This document shows, one piece after another, positions 1 through 12,889 of a stretch of DNA of 64,000 nucleotides. Numbering within the stretch: position 1 is the stretch's first letter; each line of letters begins with the position of its first letter. Below the pieces are notes generated by a model. It was not told the origin of the DNA and made no database searches. It was given only the letters and a program-made list of their open reading frames with translations. This DNA comes from Eledone cirrhosa (taxonomy: Eukaryota), in NCBI GenBank assembly GCA_964016885.1, contig OZ024747.1, positions 11,594,001-11,658,000 on the forward strand. Reading direction: 5' to 3'. A program made the position numbers and the translations under genes.

Positions 1-61
1 GGAGCAGATTAAAGTTTAAGCAAAGAATATATATTATATACAAATAATGAATCAAAACATC

Positions 62-200
62 AAATCATCATAACTTCATTTTACGTCCGCTTTTTCCCTG
101 CTTGCAAGGGTGGGACGGGAACTGATTCTGGCTTGATTTCTACAGCTGGATGCCCTTCCTAACACCAACCTCATTTACAGTGAGTGCTGGGTGCTTTTTT
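62..200 (-). mobile_element. 3' tail fragment of an RTE-LINE/SINE family
   Basis: Reverse complement of the tail at 3200-3347 (gttggtgttaggaagggcatccagc...ggacgtaaaa(tga)n). Confidence 0.65.
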
Positions 201-231
201 GCAGTGGAATGATAGGGATCCCAGTCCCTAT

Positions 232-371
232 CATATTTCTACAGCTGAGTAAACTGGAGCAATGTGAAATAAAGTGTCTTGCTCAAGGAAACAACACATC
301 ACCCGGTCCGAGAATTGAACTCACAACCTTTCGATTGCAAGGCCAATGCTCTAACCACTAAGCCATGTGCC
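232..371 (-). mobile_element. tRNA-derived SINE (head plus CORE-like domain)
   Basis: Minus strand reads TGGCTTAGTGG (A box)...GTTCAATTC (B box), then tccttgagcaagacactttatttcacattgctccag. Homologous to 16749 onward and 37710-37825. Confidence 0.8.
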
Positions 372-1121
372 TAAATATGTTTAGAATTTTGTGTTTCTCA
401 ATAAGTAAGCTCAATAGACTTTATCTATAGCCATAATAACCAAATGAAAAAGATATATGTTTATATATAGAGAGAGACATATATTGTATAAGATACATGG
501 TATGTCGTATATATACCAAATACATATTCTATAGAAAAATATGTACACAGGTGGAATCATAGGAGAAACCTTATAGCGCTATTTCATACCTGGAGAGTGC
601 GGCTAAAAATCAATCAGTATAATTGAAGACAAACTATCGATTATGATTTAATCACATGAGACTCGGGTACTTATCAGAGGTCTAGTCTTACCGTTGTAAC
701 GGATATATAGAATGAAGATGGTAAATAAATCAATATACCTGGGAAATCTACTGCTAAATCCAATGCGACCACCATGTTAACAAGCACATGGTGAAAATCA
801 TGTTAAACCCGAGACAAATATCAACAAGGTGGAAGATAACTCTGCTAGAAATATGAGTGATGATTATAGGACTGAGCTTAACGAGGTTTGGAGCCGTTAA
901 ATACAAACAATGAATCAAAACATCAAATATGTTTAGAATTTTATGTTTCTCAAAGAAGCTCAATAGACTTTATAGCCATAGCCAAATGAAAAGATATATG
1001 TATATATATGTCCTGGGGATACTCTGTATAATATGTATACAGTACCTAATAGTTCTATTTTTAATATGCTGTGTATATATATGTAAGTCCTAATAGCGTT
1101 GTTTTCTGTATGTTGTATATA

Positions 1122-1700
1122 TCATCATCATCATCATCATCCTTTAATGATGGGTTTGTCCATTAGAGGCAAGTTGGGTTGGGTGAGCATGTCTTATTCG
1201 TATAGGACTGTTGTCTGGCTAGATTTCTATGGCTGGATGCCCTTCCTAACGCCAACCACATTTACAGTGTCGGCTGGGTGTTTTTTGTCATGACACCTAC
1301 ATGACCACTTTAGAGTGTCGGCTGGGTGTTTTTTGTCATGACACCTACATGACCACTTTAGAGTGTCGGCTGGGTGCTTTTTGTCATGACACCTACATGA
1401 CCACTTTAGAGTGTCGGCTGGGTGCTTTTTGTCATGACACCTACATGACCACTTTAGAGTGTCGGCTGGGTGCTTTTTGTCATGACACCTACATGACCAC
1501 TTTAGAGTGTCGGCTGGGTGCTTTTTGTCATGACACCTACATGACCACTTTAGAGTGTCGGCTGGGTGCTTTTTGTCGTGACACCTACATGACCACTTTA
1601 GAGTGTCGGCTGGGTGCTTTTTGTCGTGACACCTACATGACCACTTTAGAGTGTCGGCTGGGTGCTTTTTGTCGTGACACCTACATGACTAGTTTACAGT
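1122..1700 (-). mobile_element. RTE-type 3' UTR fragment with an internal 48-bp tandem array
   Basis: (CAT)n tail at 1122-1141, then homology to 3090-3347. Contains about 9 copies of ctacatgaccactttagagtgtcggctgggtgctttttgtcatgacac (1258-1690). Confidence 0.75.
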
Positions 1701-1892
1701 GGTGGCTGGATGTTATTGTGATACCCATACACACAAACACACATTTTTTAACTATCGACTTTCATCAAATAGGACCGAGGAAACAATGTTTCCTTTGGTC
1801 TTTCCAATTGCTAATACTATCTATCGGTCGCAACTCCAGGTAGAAGGAGCAACGTGAAATAAAGTGTCTTATGTGTATATATATATATATAT

Positions 1893-1947
1893 ATGTAAGT
1901 ATGTATGTATACGTACATACATATATGTATACAGACGTACAGTAGCA

Positions 1948-1991
<44 letters not shown>

Positions 1992-2287
1992 CAGGTACAC
2001 ATATATATATGTACGTATCAGTTTAGCGGACGTTTATCATAACGCCCGCTTTGTCCGTTTGTAAACAAACGGACAGCCTGATTTATGCCGTACGGTGTTA
2101 AGGCAACCACGTCACCTTTTTGTTCAACACTGACACAGGAACGATGTACTAGTTTCAAGCTTCTTATAATAAACGTCCGCTAAACTGATACGTACATATA
2201 TATATGTGTACCTGTATGTATATATATATGCATGCTACTGTACGTCTGTATACATATATGTATGTACGTATACATACATACTTACAT
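1893..2287. mobile_element. Fold-back element with ~125-150 bp inverted arms
   Basis: 1893-2042 is the reverse complement of 2164-2287 apart from internal (TA)n length. The spacer is about 120 bp. Confidence 0.85.
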
Positions 2288-2419
2288 TTAAGTAAGTGCC
2301 GTACTAAGAGTGAGAAATGAAATTTCGTTTAATTCCATTACAACTTATATATATATATATATATATATAAGGATTAAAATACTGGAGCGTGTTGGAGTTA
2401 AACACCCTCTTCGTATTAT

Positions 2420-2538
2420 AGGACAGGACACATTAGATCATGTAGTCCTAGATACACTGTGTCTGTATATAAGACAGGACACATTAGATAATGTAGTCCT
2501 AGATAGACTGTGTCTGTATATAAGACAGGACACATTAG

Positions 2539-2540
<2 letters not shown>
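2420..2540. repeat. 51-bp tandem repeat (about 2.4 copies) between (TA)n arrays
   Basis: gacaggacacattagat...gtcctagata...tgtgtctgtatataa is repeated. Confidence 0.8.
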
Positions 2541-2577
<37 letters not shown>

Positions 2578-2580
<3 letters not shown>

Positions 2581-3347
2581 GGGCCTTGTGTGCAGAGGAT
2601 CTACGCAGACTGGAGAGGAACGAAGCTTGCATGCTCCGTTGGATGTGTAATAGTAATATACGCAAACGGCAAAGCATAAATGAACTAAGTGAGAAATTAG
2701 GAATAAGAGGGATCAGATGTTGTTTACTCGAGAGAAGACTACGTTGGTACGGTCACGTGATGCGCATGAAAGATGACAGCTGTATAAAAAAAGTGCAGGG
2801 CGATCAAAATAGATGGTAGCTACGGAGTAGGCAGACCCAGAAAAACCTGGGACGACTTGATAAAATCCGACCTCACACACATACACCTCTCCAAGACAAT
2901 GTCACTGGACCGAAATCTTTGGCGCTACACAGTCATACAGAAGACCCGCCTTGCCTAAGTACAAAGCGAAACCTACAGTCAATAGGCACCTCTTAACCAA
3001 AATACACCCCCGTCCCACAAACCCTACCCCCCACCGCCATCTACACCATCCCTTTCGATGTAAAGCTATGTTGGTACCACAACATCCAGTCCTAAATAAA
3101 TGTGGCCGTGTAGGTGTCACAACAAAAAACACACAGTCCACGCTGTAATGTGGCCGTGTAGGTAACATGGTAAAAACCTCCCAGTTCACACTGTAATAAA
3201 CGTGGTTGGTGTTAGGAAGGGCATCCAGCCGTAGAAAACCCGCCAGACAGTCCTGAGCAAGACAACCAATCTTGCCTCAAGTGGGACAATTCCCATCCAG
3301 ACCCATGCTAGCGTGGAAAATGGACGTTAAACGATGATGATGATGAT
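2578..3347 (+). mobile_element. 5'-truncated RTE-clade LINE (RT C-terminus plus 3' UTR)
   Basis: LRRLERNEACMLRWMC...RRLRWYGHVMRM, then GRPRKTW in a shifted frame, and a (GAT)n tail. Confidence 0.85.
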
Positions 3348-4090
3348 ATATATAAAGTGTCTTATGTGTATATATATATATAAATCCTGAGGCACCCATT
3401 AGGGCTTTCTTAAACCTATATTTAAGTGAAAGGTCCTTTGGCTTCCAGACCTATCTTTTCCATACTTCATATATTTATAGTAAATTTATTTATCCACAGA
3501 TCTTTGTGAAAATTAATAGTCTTTAATATTTAATGTGATACAGTTATAGTGCTGTTTGATACCTTTAAAGAATGTCCTGTTAATGTGGTTTTGTGTAGTC
3601 TATTAATTCAAGTATTTATAGTATCTTTACTGATGGAGAGATTGTGATGAAAATCTATATTACTAGTGTAAAGATGACTTTCTAATGGAATGCTGTTATT
3701 GTGCTACTTTATACCTTTCAAGAATGTCTTGTTAATATGGTTTTATGTAGTTTGTTAATTGAAAAACAATGAACTAATTAAGAACCTATCGCCATTGCAC
3801 TGGAAATATTCAAACATTTACATGAGCAGAGCACTCAATACAAGTGAGCAGTAAACATCTTCCATAACTGTGGTCAGATTATTGATAAGGACACAATAGA
3901 GTGCTAAAACACATTGGTAACTTAACCAATTATTATATATTAAATTAATTAAACCAACTAGCACGTGTATTTTTATCGGCTGAATGACCTTCCCAGAGTA
4001 CGACAATATCGGTTTCAACATGATTTCACACCAGGAATATTTTGAAACAAAAACAAAATAGACACTCATTGAACCCCAACTGTATGTATG

Positions 4091-4220
<130 letters not shown>

Positions 4221-4492
4221 AGGGGGGATTATGTCACATACATATATATACATATATACAGACAGGCATACGTACATATATTCATACATACATATATACA
4301 GACCTACATATATACATACATACATACATAGAGTGTGGGACAGGCGCTACTTTAAATTTGAAATGACGCCGCAAACCACATTTTCATCAATAGTATATCA
4401 ATGTAATCTAGACAACCCCCCACCACCACCATCACAACCATTGATAAATAAATAAACGAAGTCATACAAAATAATCTGCTGTACGGTTTACT

Positions 4493-4563
<71 letters not shown>

Positions 4564-4573
4564 CACACACACG

Positions 4574-4606
<33 letters not shown>

Positions 4607-5509
4607 TTATATATATATATATACACACACACATATATATATATTATATATAAATATATATATATGCACACATATATTTATATATATATACACACACACA
4701 CATATCTGTGTGTGTGTGTATGTATATATATATGTGTATATATGTGTGTGTATGTAGATTCGTAGTTTTCTGAGGCTATATATCTATAGAAACTAACTTG
4801 TGTATGATTTAGGTAACCCTAACGTTTTCAGTTTATTATTTCACAAGTCAGGATTTCGTGATTTTCTTAATTTAAAACGTAAAACCTTTTTTGTTGTTTT
4901 TCTTAGCGGAGGCTAGAGATTGTTTCTTAAAAGGGGAACAATTATCTTAAATTTTATATTTTTTTTACTTGTTTATTGTATTAGTCGTCATTTCAATAGT
5001 TCTTCCCATGGCATGAACTTCATTTCTTTATATGTTATCTTGTAATTCCATAAGAAACACCTATCACTCCTTACGGCAGTTTTTAGTCAAAAGCCAATGA
5101 AATGATTTGAAAAAGAAACACAAATAAGACGACGAAAATTATTATAAAAAAAAAATGGCCGCTGATATATGTTTATATTAAGAAGTTTAATTTTCACACA
5201 CACACTCTCTCTCTGTTTCACTCTCCGCATGTGTGTGTGTGTAAATAAATAAATATATATTTATTTATAGTATCAGCAGAAAATGAACAGTTATGACGAC
5301 TAGGTAACTGCACATTTACCTCGTCAGCCACCTGTCTGGTGTGTAATTTCGTGTAACAGAATGGAGAACTGTTCTGTTGGTATCTGAGACGATAACAAGA
5401 CAAAGAATGGAAAGGAAAAGTTACAGGTGTCTTTCGACAAAAAAAAAAAAAAACAAATAAATTTAAAAACAATTACGACTAGAAAAAAAAAACTAAAGGA
5501 CAATGAATT

Positions 5510-5825
5510 TGCAAGATGGGGCTCCCTCCTCATTTTGCACACACTGTGAGTGGCTTGATGCCCAATTTCCAGGATTTGATTGTCATCGAGGTTCACATGA
5601 AGGGTAAGCAAGAAGCCCTGACTTAACGCCATGGGATTTTTTCCTGTTGGGTGGGTGAAGAAAGAAATATATAGCTCAAAGCCAAAAATTCTGACTCAAT
5701 TGAAGGAACATATTCATCAAATACTGACCAACATACCACGGGAGTTCCTGATGAAGTCAGTCAATGATATACTCAGATGATAACAAACATTGGTGGACAA
5801 CACTGGTGCCTATGTAGAATTTTAA
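5510..5825 (+). pseudogene. Degenerate Tc1/mariner-superfamily transposase C-terminus
   Basis: Reads QDGAP.H...WLDAQFPG...RSPDLTPWDFFL.GWVK...GAYVEF* across frameshifts. Confidence 0.75.
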
Positions 5826-6107
5826 CACTGTACTCTACTTCTACCATTATACTGTTGAAAATAAAGTACCAATAATACACTGGGATAATTGCTGGCCTTG
5901 TGTCAAAATAGAAACAATTATACTGTTGAAAATAAAACATGCTTTATGAAAATCGACCAAAAAATTAATAATTTTATAATTGTTCCATTAAATATAACGA
6001 GTTTCGATTAGTATAACAATTTTATCAAATATTGAATATTTGGTAGCAGCAGGATTATATTATATTAAAAGTTAAGAAATCAAAATTAAACACGAATATC
6101 TGCCTGA

Positions 6108-6161
6108 GACTGACGTAATGTCCAATATTGAAACCGTTTTACTGTCTCTAGCTGACGGCAT
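6108..6161 (+). ncRNA. Degenerate type I hammerhead ribozyme motif
   Basis: agaCTGACGT-aatgt cca atatt-GAAAC cgttttact GTC tct. Stems I, II and III can form, but core A9 is changed to U. Confidence 0.5.
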
Positions 6162-6886
6162 CTTATCTTTGGCTGAAATATAACCTAACGTGTTTAATAT
6201 ATGGTTTATACATGTAAATTGATAGAGATTTTATATAGTCTTCCAACACACATCCAGATTTCTATGTATATGTGTGTATGCAGTATACATGATTGTATAT
6301 ATTTATTTATATATGTATGTATATATGATTGTATGTATGTATGTATATCTGTGTATGTATGTATACATAATTGTATATATCTATATGTATGTATATGTGT
6401 GTATACATGTATGTGTGGGTATGTATACATAGATATATGAATGTATATGTGGGTATGTACGCATAGATATATGAATGTATATGCAAGTAGGTATGTATAT
6501 ATGTATATAAGTATATGTATGTGTGTATATATGTATATAAGTATATGTATGTGTGTATATATGTATATAATTATATGTATGTGTGTATATATGTATATAA
6601 GTATATGTATGTGAGTATATATGTATATGTATGTGTGTATATATGTATATAAGAAGTTGATTTATGTAAATAATATTAATTTTTTACACACGTGTACACA
6701 ATAATTTTGTAGGAAATACATTTCTTTGTAGGGACACATATAAATATATATAAATGTGTGTATATGTGTAGAAGTGTATATGTCAGTGCATGTATATATA
6801 TTCTTATGAATTATGCTTGTTTATAAATGTGTATATATAGTTTGCGACTTATATATAAAATATTTATGGATGCACACTTGTCAGTA

Positions 6887-6917
<31 letters not shown>

Positions 6918-7091
6918 TATGTGTGTCTATATAACATATCTACCTCTATGTATAGGAATATACATACATACATACATACATACATACATACATACATACA
7001 TACATACATACATACATACATACATACATACACACACACACATATATATATACACGCAACATATGTATATGTGTATCTATATATATATATA

Positions 7092-7215
<124 letters not shown>

Positions 7216-7266
7216 TAAATGAAAAGTATAGAAATTGTTGTAGCGAGAAGCTAACAGTATTCCATA

Positions 7267-7344
<78 letters not shown>

Positions 7345-7537
7345 ATGTGTGTGTGTATATGTATATATAGGTGTGTATAAATACACATACCCACACAGAC
7401 CAAGAGAGAGACACATATGTTCACAGTATGCTATCACTCAATGTGAAGTCACCATTAATATTCCTGGTGGTGTATAGTATATAAACCATTAACACTCCTA
7501 ACGTGTGGAATGGTTTCCTAATATCACACATCTCTCT

Positions 7538-7546
7538 CACCTCATA

Positions 7547-7596
<50 letters not shown>

Positions 7597-7821
7597 TCAT
7601 AACCTCTCTCTCTCTCTCACCTCATACCCCCTCTCTCTATCTCTCTCTCTCACCTCATAACCTCTCTCTCTCTCTCACTTCATAACCTCTCTCTCTCACC
7701 TCATAACCTCTCTCTCTCTCTCTCTCACCTCATAACCTCTCTCTCTCTCTCTCACCTCATAACCCCCCTCTCTCTCTCATACCCCCCCTCTCTCTCACCC
7801 CATAACCCCCCTTCTCACCTC

Positions 7822-7873
<52 letters not shown>

Positions 7874-7893
7874 ACCTCATAACCTCTCTCTCT
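7538..7893. repeat. Compound minisatellite cacctcataacc(tc)n
   Basis: About 10 copies of a constant 12-mer separated by variable (TC)n. Confidence 0.85.
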
Positions 7894-8048
7894 TACAGTA
7901 TACACATTTATCATATATCACACATATACACATACCAGTTCAACTTTACATACACACATACACACGTATCTGTGTGTGTGATATAGATACAGTCACACAC
8001 ATAAACATACCCACATACATACATACGTACGTACGTACATACAAATAT

Positions 8049-8079
<31 letters not shown>

Positions 8080-8140
8080 GCCATCACCCACCATTGTTTT
8101 GTAGTCCTCGTACCGTAGATACACACACACTCTCTGTATG

Positions 8141-8206
<66 letters not shown>

Positions 8207-8242
8207 TGTCGGATGTACACATGTAAATGTTTTCACAAATAA

Positions 8243-8318
<76 letters not shown>

Positions 8319-8511
8319 TATATAGAACAGCAACAAAGTTCTCGAGGTTTCCACAATAAACTACCTTTTATTCATTTATTTAGTTGCTATGAAATCCTTC
8401 AAGTTATTGAAATTCAAGTAAGATTTATGTTTATTCATAATTTTAGAAATTCATAATCGGTGTATTTGACAATGTAATCTTGTAGACTTTTAAGTCGCTT
8501 AATCATTTTAC

Positions 8512-8646
8512 CTGGCGGTGAATTGGCTGAGTCGTCAGAAAGTCGGATAGAATGATTTACAATATCTGTTTCAGCTCACAGCACTCAAGTCAGCTTTACC
8601 TTTTACCCTTTCGAGATCGATGAAAAATATCAGTCCAGTCTAGTAC
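8512..8646 (+). mobile_element. SINE family 2, diverged
   Basis: ggcggtgaattggctgagtcgtcag...ctttaccttttaccctttcgagatcgat, homologous to the reverse complement of 20120-20319. Confidence 0.65.
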
Positions 8647-9000
8647 TCTCTCTCTCTTTCTCTTTTTCTCTCTCACTGTCTCTCTTTATCAATCTATCTC
8701 TCATATATCTATATCTGACTCCGACGCTAACTACAAACGGCCACGTATATTTCTTTTCCGACAAATCTACAATTTCCCTTCGGGATGAATGTGAAATCCG
8801 AAATATAGGGACGAAGAAATCTATTCCAAAAGTAACTTCATCTCTGGTTTTTATTTCATTTTACATTTCTCTTCCTTCTTACCTCCATTCTTCCTACTGC
8901 CACCTGATGTTGCTACCCAGAGATTTATCCATCTGCATTTAGAAGCTTCCTAAACGACTATTTTTCATATTCCAGAATGCTTCAAGCAAACGTAAACACC

Positions 9001-9061
<61 letters not shown>

Positions 9062-9065
<4 letters not shown>

Positions 9066-9360
9066 ATATATGAGATCAAAAGATGGTTAAAAGAGTTCCA
9101 TGTATTTAATTATGCGCATTTCAAAAACAAATATCATCATGCGATGACATATGCGTTTTCATCAGATAAAATAGGGAGACATGATATGAAGGTTAAAAAA
9201 CACTTGTGAATAGTGCAGTTTTAAATCAACATATGAAAAGTAGTTTTAGATTGATGTGTGATATTGGGAAAAAAATGAGGGGGGGGGGGGTGGAAAGGAT
9301 GAAAAAGCGGAGGAGATGAGAGTAAAGATTTATTGTACTACAATAAAACTCACCTCATAC
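9062..9360 (-). mobile_element. HHR-bearing non-autonomous element, family A (Penelope pLTR-like)
   Basis: 9062-9233 is homologous to 32620-32790. Minus-strand CTGATGA...GAAATGCGCATA at 9103-9173. The family's 3' terminus appears inverted at 9329-9360. Flanked by (TA)n. Confidence 0.8.
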
Positions 9361-9501
9361 ATATATATATATTTGTTTTTTTTTCAGTGTGGTCTACCCT
9401 TCGTAGAAAGAACTCAATGTAATCCGTTAGCGAGTAATCCAGTGAAATCCATAGAAAGGTTCCGTGTTCCGCTGAGTCAATCCTTTAAATACAGAGTCTG
9501 A

Positions 9502-9850
9502 TATATTAGATATTATTTTAACAATGAAAACAATAACAAAGTCAAATTATTTAACCTATTCATTTCATTGTTTTACGATCGTTTCGGAGGGTTGATCATA
9601 TTGACTGAAATATAGCAGTTATATAACTGTATACTATCAGACATCATATATAGGTCCGATCAGACCGTCTTCTTTGGAAATATGATCGAACCTATATATG
9701 ATGTCTGATAGTATACAGTTATATAATTGCTATAGATCAGTCAATATGTCAATATGATCAACCCTCCGAAACGATCGTAAAACAATGAAATGAATAGGTA
9801 AAATAACTTGACATTGTAATTGTTTTCATTGTTAAAATAATATCTAATAT
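9502..9850. mobile_element. Fold-back palindrome, family D, with the 3' half of an HHR
   Basis: Arms 9502-9662 and 9682-9850 are inverted copies. GAAACGATCGTA at 9768-9779. Confidence 0.8.
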
Positions 9851-10675
9851 ATATATATATATTCCTCTCCAAGAAGAAATTGGTTGTGTTCCGACCTGTT
9901 GAGGAGATGGTCTCCGCCAAGTTTAAAATACCCAAGCCCCCCCCCCCCTGTTATGCCACGATGGTGCCTCTATAACTCTATCAAGAGTTACCAGCCCATA
10001 CATACAGCCATTAGTAAGCTAGTAAGCTTCTTTTCTTCCAACAAAGGAATCAAGACATTATTCAGGGCAAAAGAAAATCTTAGTTCAAAAATCTTGGGAA
10101 AAAGTGAAGAAGGATTCAAAACAAGGTTGACTTCGGTAGGATTTTAATTCAGAACATACAGAGCCGGAACACATGTCACAAAGCATGCCCAACATTTTTT
10201 ATGATTTTGTCCTTGCACCGCCTTCAGGTTACATATAACATGTTAACCCCTTCGTTAGCGTATTTCGTACCACTAATAATATATACACTATCATTATCTT
10301 TAACTCTAATGAAATACAAACTAACTCAATTAACTAATAAAGAATTTTGAACGATTTATTGAAATTATAAATTATTTCATTACTAAGATAGTAAATTAAC
10401 ATATGGCTCTTATATCAAAATTATGTTGGAAGATTTAAATTTAAATCGATGCTCTTTAAAATGGAGGAATGGGTGATTTTATTTCATAGAACCAAGGGGT
10501 AAATAAAACATATTTAACCAAAACAAATTGTGAAAAAAAGGGTGTTAAAAACAAAGTGAAGGGTTTTAAAAACAGAGGGAAGGGTGTTAAAAATAAAGCA
10601 CGAGTTAGAAACAAGAAATCAAAATTAAAATGTCACAGGGAAGTAAAACTTTAAGAAATTATATAATACAATTAG

Positions 10676-10764
<89 letters not shown>

Positions 10765-10817
10765 GCAAGATAAGAAACAAACAATTCACGAAGAAATTTG
10801 ACAGAAGTAAAAATACC

Positions 10818-10852
<35 letters not shown>

Positions 10853-11465
10853 TACATTTCATACAAAATGTCGAACCACGAATCTCTAATGGAATGGGAA
10901 AGCCAAAGAAATGAATGGTTTTAATCGTAGATAAAAAAAAATGAATAAATACAAAGAATAAAAACTTTTTTTAAAACCAAAAACAATTTCTCTCTTTTTT
11001 CTTTTCTTCTTTATATTTATTATCTTCAGTTGTATCGTCCTTATTCATTTCCACATCTGTTGTCTAGATTCTTTCACGTGTTATTTCACTATCTTACATC
11101 TGTCTGTCTTGTTTGTAATCTTGTTTATATATTTGTCTGTCTGTTGCTCTGTCATCTGAGTTGTTAGTCTTTCTTTTTTCCTATCTTTCTTTCTTCTATT
11201 TCTCTCCGTTCATTTAATAGCTATCCATCTATCTATCTTCTCTACGTGTACACCTGCCTGTCTGTCTATCTATCTATTTGGTCTGTGTGTACGTCTGTGT
11301 TTGTATGTATGTTTATTATTTTGACTATCAGATTTGCAGACGATGGCTACTGAACTAGACAACAGATATACATTATCAATGTTTGAATAAATTCCAAATT
11401 TTAAAAAATGAAATATGGACAAAAGAAACGTGTGTGTGCGCGTCTATATATACATATATATATAT

Positions 11466-11539
<74 letters not shown>

Positions 11540-11760
11540 GAGAGAGAGAAACTGCGGTTAGGGCTTGACCTAGTTTTGACCCTAGTTAGGATCTCTTCAG
11601 AGACCATCCACCCGATTTTGGACACGATTTTGAAAACACGCAATATTGCGACTTTACTGAATCGATAAATCCAATTTGCATAAAGAGTGCATGTATGTAT
11701 GTATGTATGTATGTATGTATGTATGTATGTATGTATGTATGTATGTATGTATGTATGTAT

Positions 11761-12642
11761 GTCTTTCTCTTAATTTCGAGTATATTTTTTTGACCGGCCA
11801 CCTTCCTGGTGGCAAGGTTGTAAAAGAAAAGAAATTGTCATCCCTTGAATCGCAAGAATGTTTTGCAAATTTTGAAAGTGCCAGCTATCGCAGCCATTTG
11901 TAGACTATGAATTAGGGAGCTGCGCTTTTTGTCCGCAAATCCAAGTTCAGTCATACTTTGGTCCAAGCGGGTTGGTATATAACCCGTAGCTCCAATAATG
12001 ATGGGTATGAAGCTAAAGGTGTATCTTGGATACTGGATTTGTAAACTCCTCATCAATGGTCCGTAGATGTCCTCCTTCTCCTGTATTTTTCTGACAACAT
12101 TTACAACAAGTGGGCAGCTGATCTCCACAACAGAACACGTTTTCAATGTGTGGTCCCAAACAACAATATCAGGCCGGTTGTGCTTTAATTTGGTGGCAGT
12201 TTTTATTTTCAGGTTCCACCAGTATTCCTTAGTGCCATCTGTCTCAATATATTCTTCCTCGTTTGTTGTTAATTTTGTTTTCCGAAGTGCGTTCCAGATG
12301 GTTCTAGCTATCCCATCGTGTCTCATGGGGAGGTAGTAGCGAGATGACATTCTTTCGCAGCTGGCAACAATGTGGCTTACATCCTCGATCTTTGTTTTAC
12401 ATAGCCTACATTTATTGTCAGCTGCTGGCCCTCCTCTTTTGTGCAGCAGATATTTGGTAGGGAGTTCTTGTTCCTGTATTGCATAGAGATATCCCTCAAG
12501 GTGTGATGTCATAAACTTGTCGGAACTCCATGCCAGGCTTTTTGAGTGGTTTATCCCCTCTATGGTCTGTGTTTTACGCCTCAAGTATCCATGCACAACT
12601 TTTTCTGTAAATTGGTCAATTTTTTTATCTTGTTTGAACATT
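11761..12642 (-). mobile_element. 5'-truncated R4/Dong-like non-LTR retrotransposon (CCHC plus restriction-like endonuclease)
   Basis: Open frame: CRLC...HIVASC...RHD...RPDIVVWD...VEISCP...KEDIY. Stop at 11838, 77-bp 3' UTR, (TACA)n on both sides. Confidence 0.9.
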
Positions 12643-12889
12643 ATGTATGTATGTATGTATGTATGTATGTATGTATGTATGTATGTATGTATGTATGTAT
12701 GTATGTATGTATGTATGTATGTATGTATGTATGTATGTATGAATGTCGTGACAGATGTGAGCATCTTAACAGAGGAAGCTTTGTGAAAACCACCTTAACC
12801 GGAACGGGTGAGTGTAGTGTTTTATACTCTCTCCTGTATGTACATTATATGTGTGTATATAAGTATATATATATGTATATATATTTATG

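Noticed and set aside
1301-1843. 180-aa repeat protein (MTTLECRLGAFCHDTY)n
   Set aside because: A 48-bp tandem repeat inside an antisense LINE 3' UTR.
8883-8932. Minus-strand exon with an AG|GTAAG donor
   Set aside because: The acceptor is weak and its open frame is out of phase with the 5320-5383 candidate.
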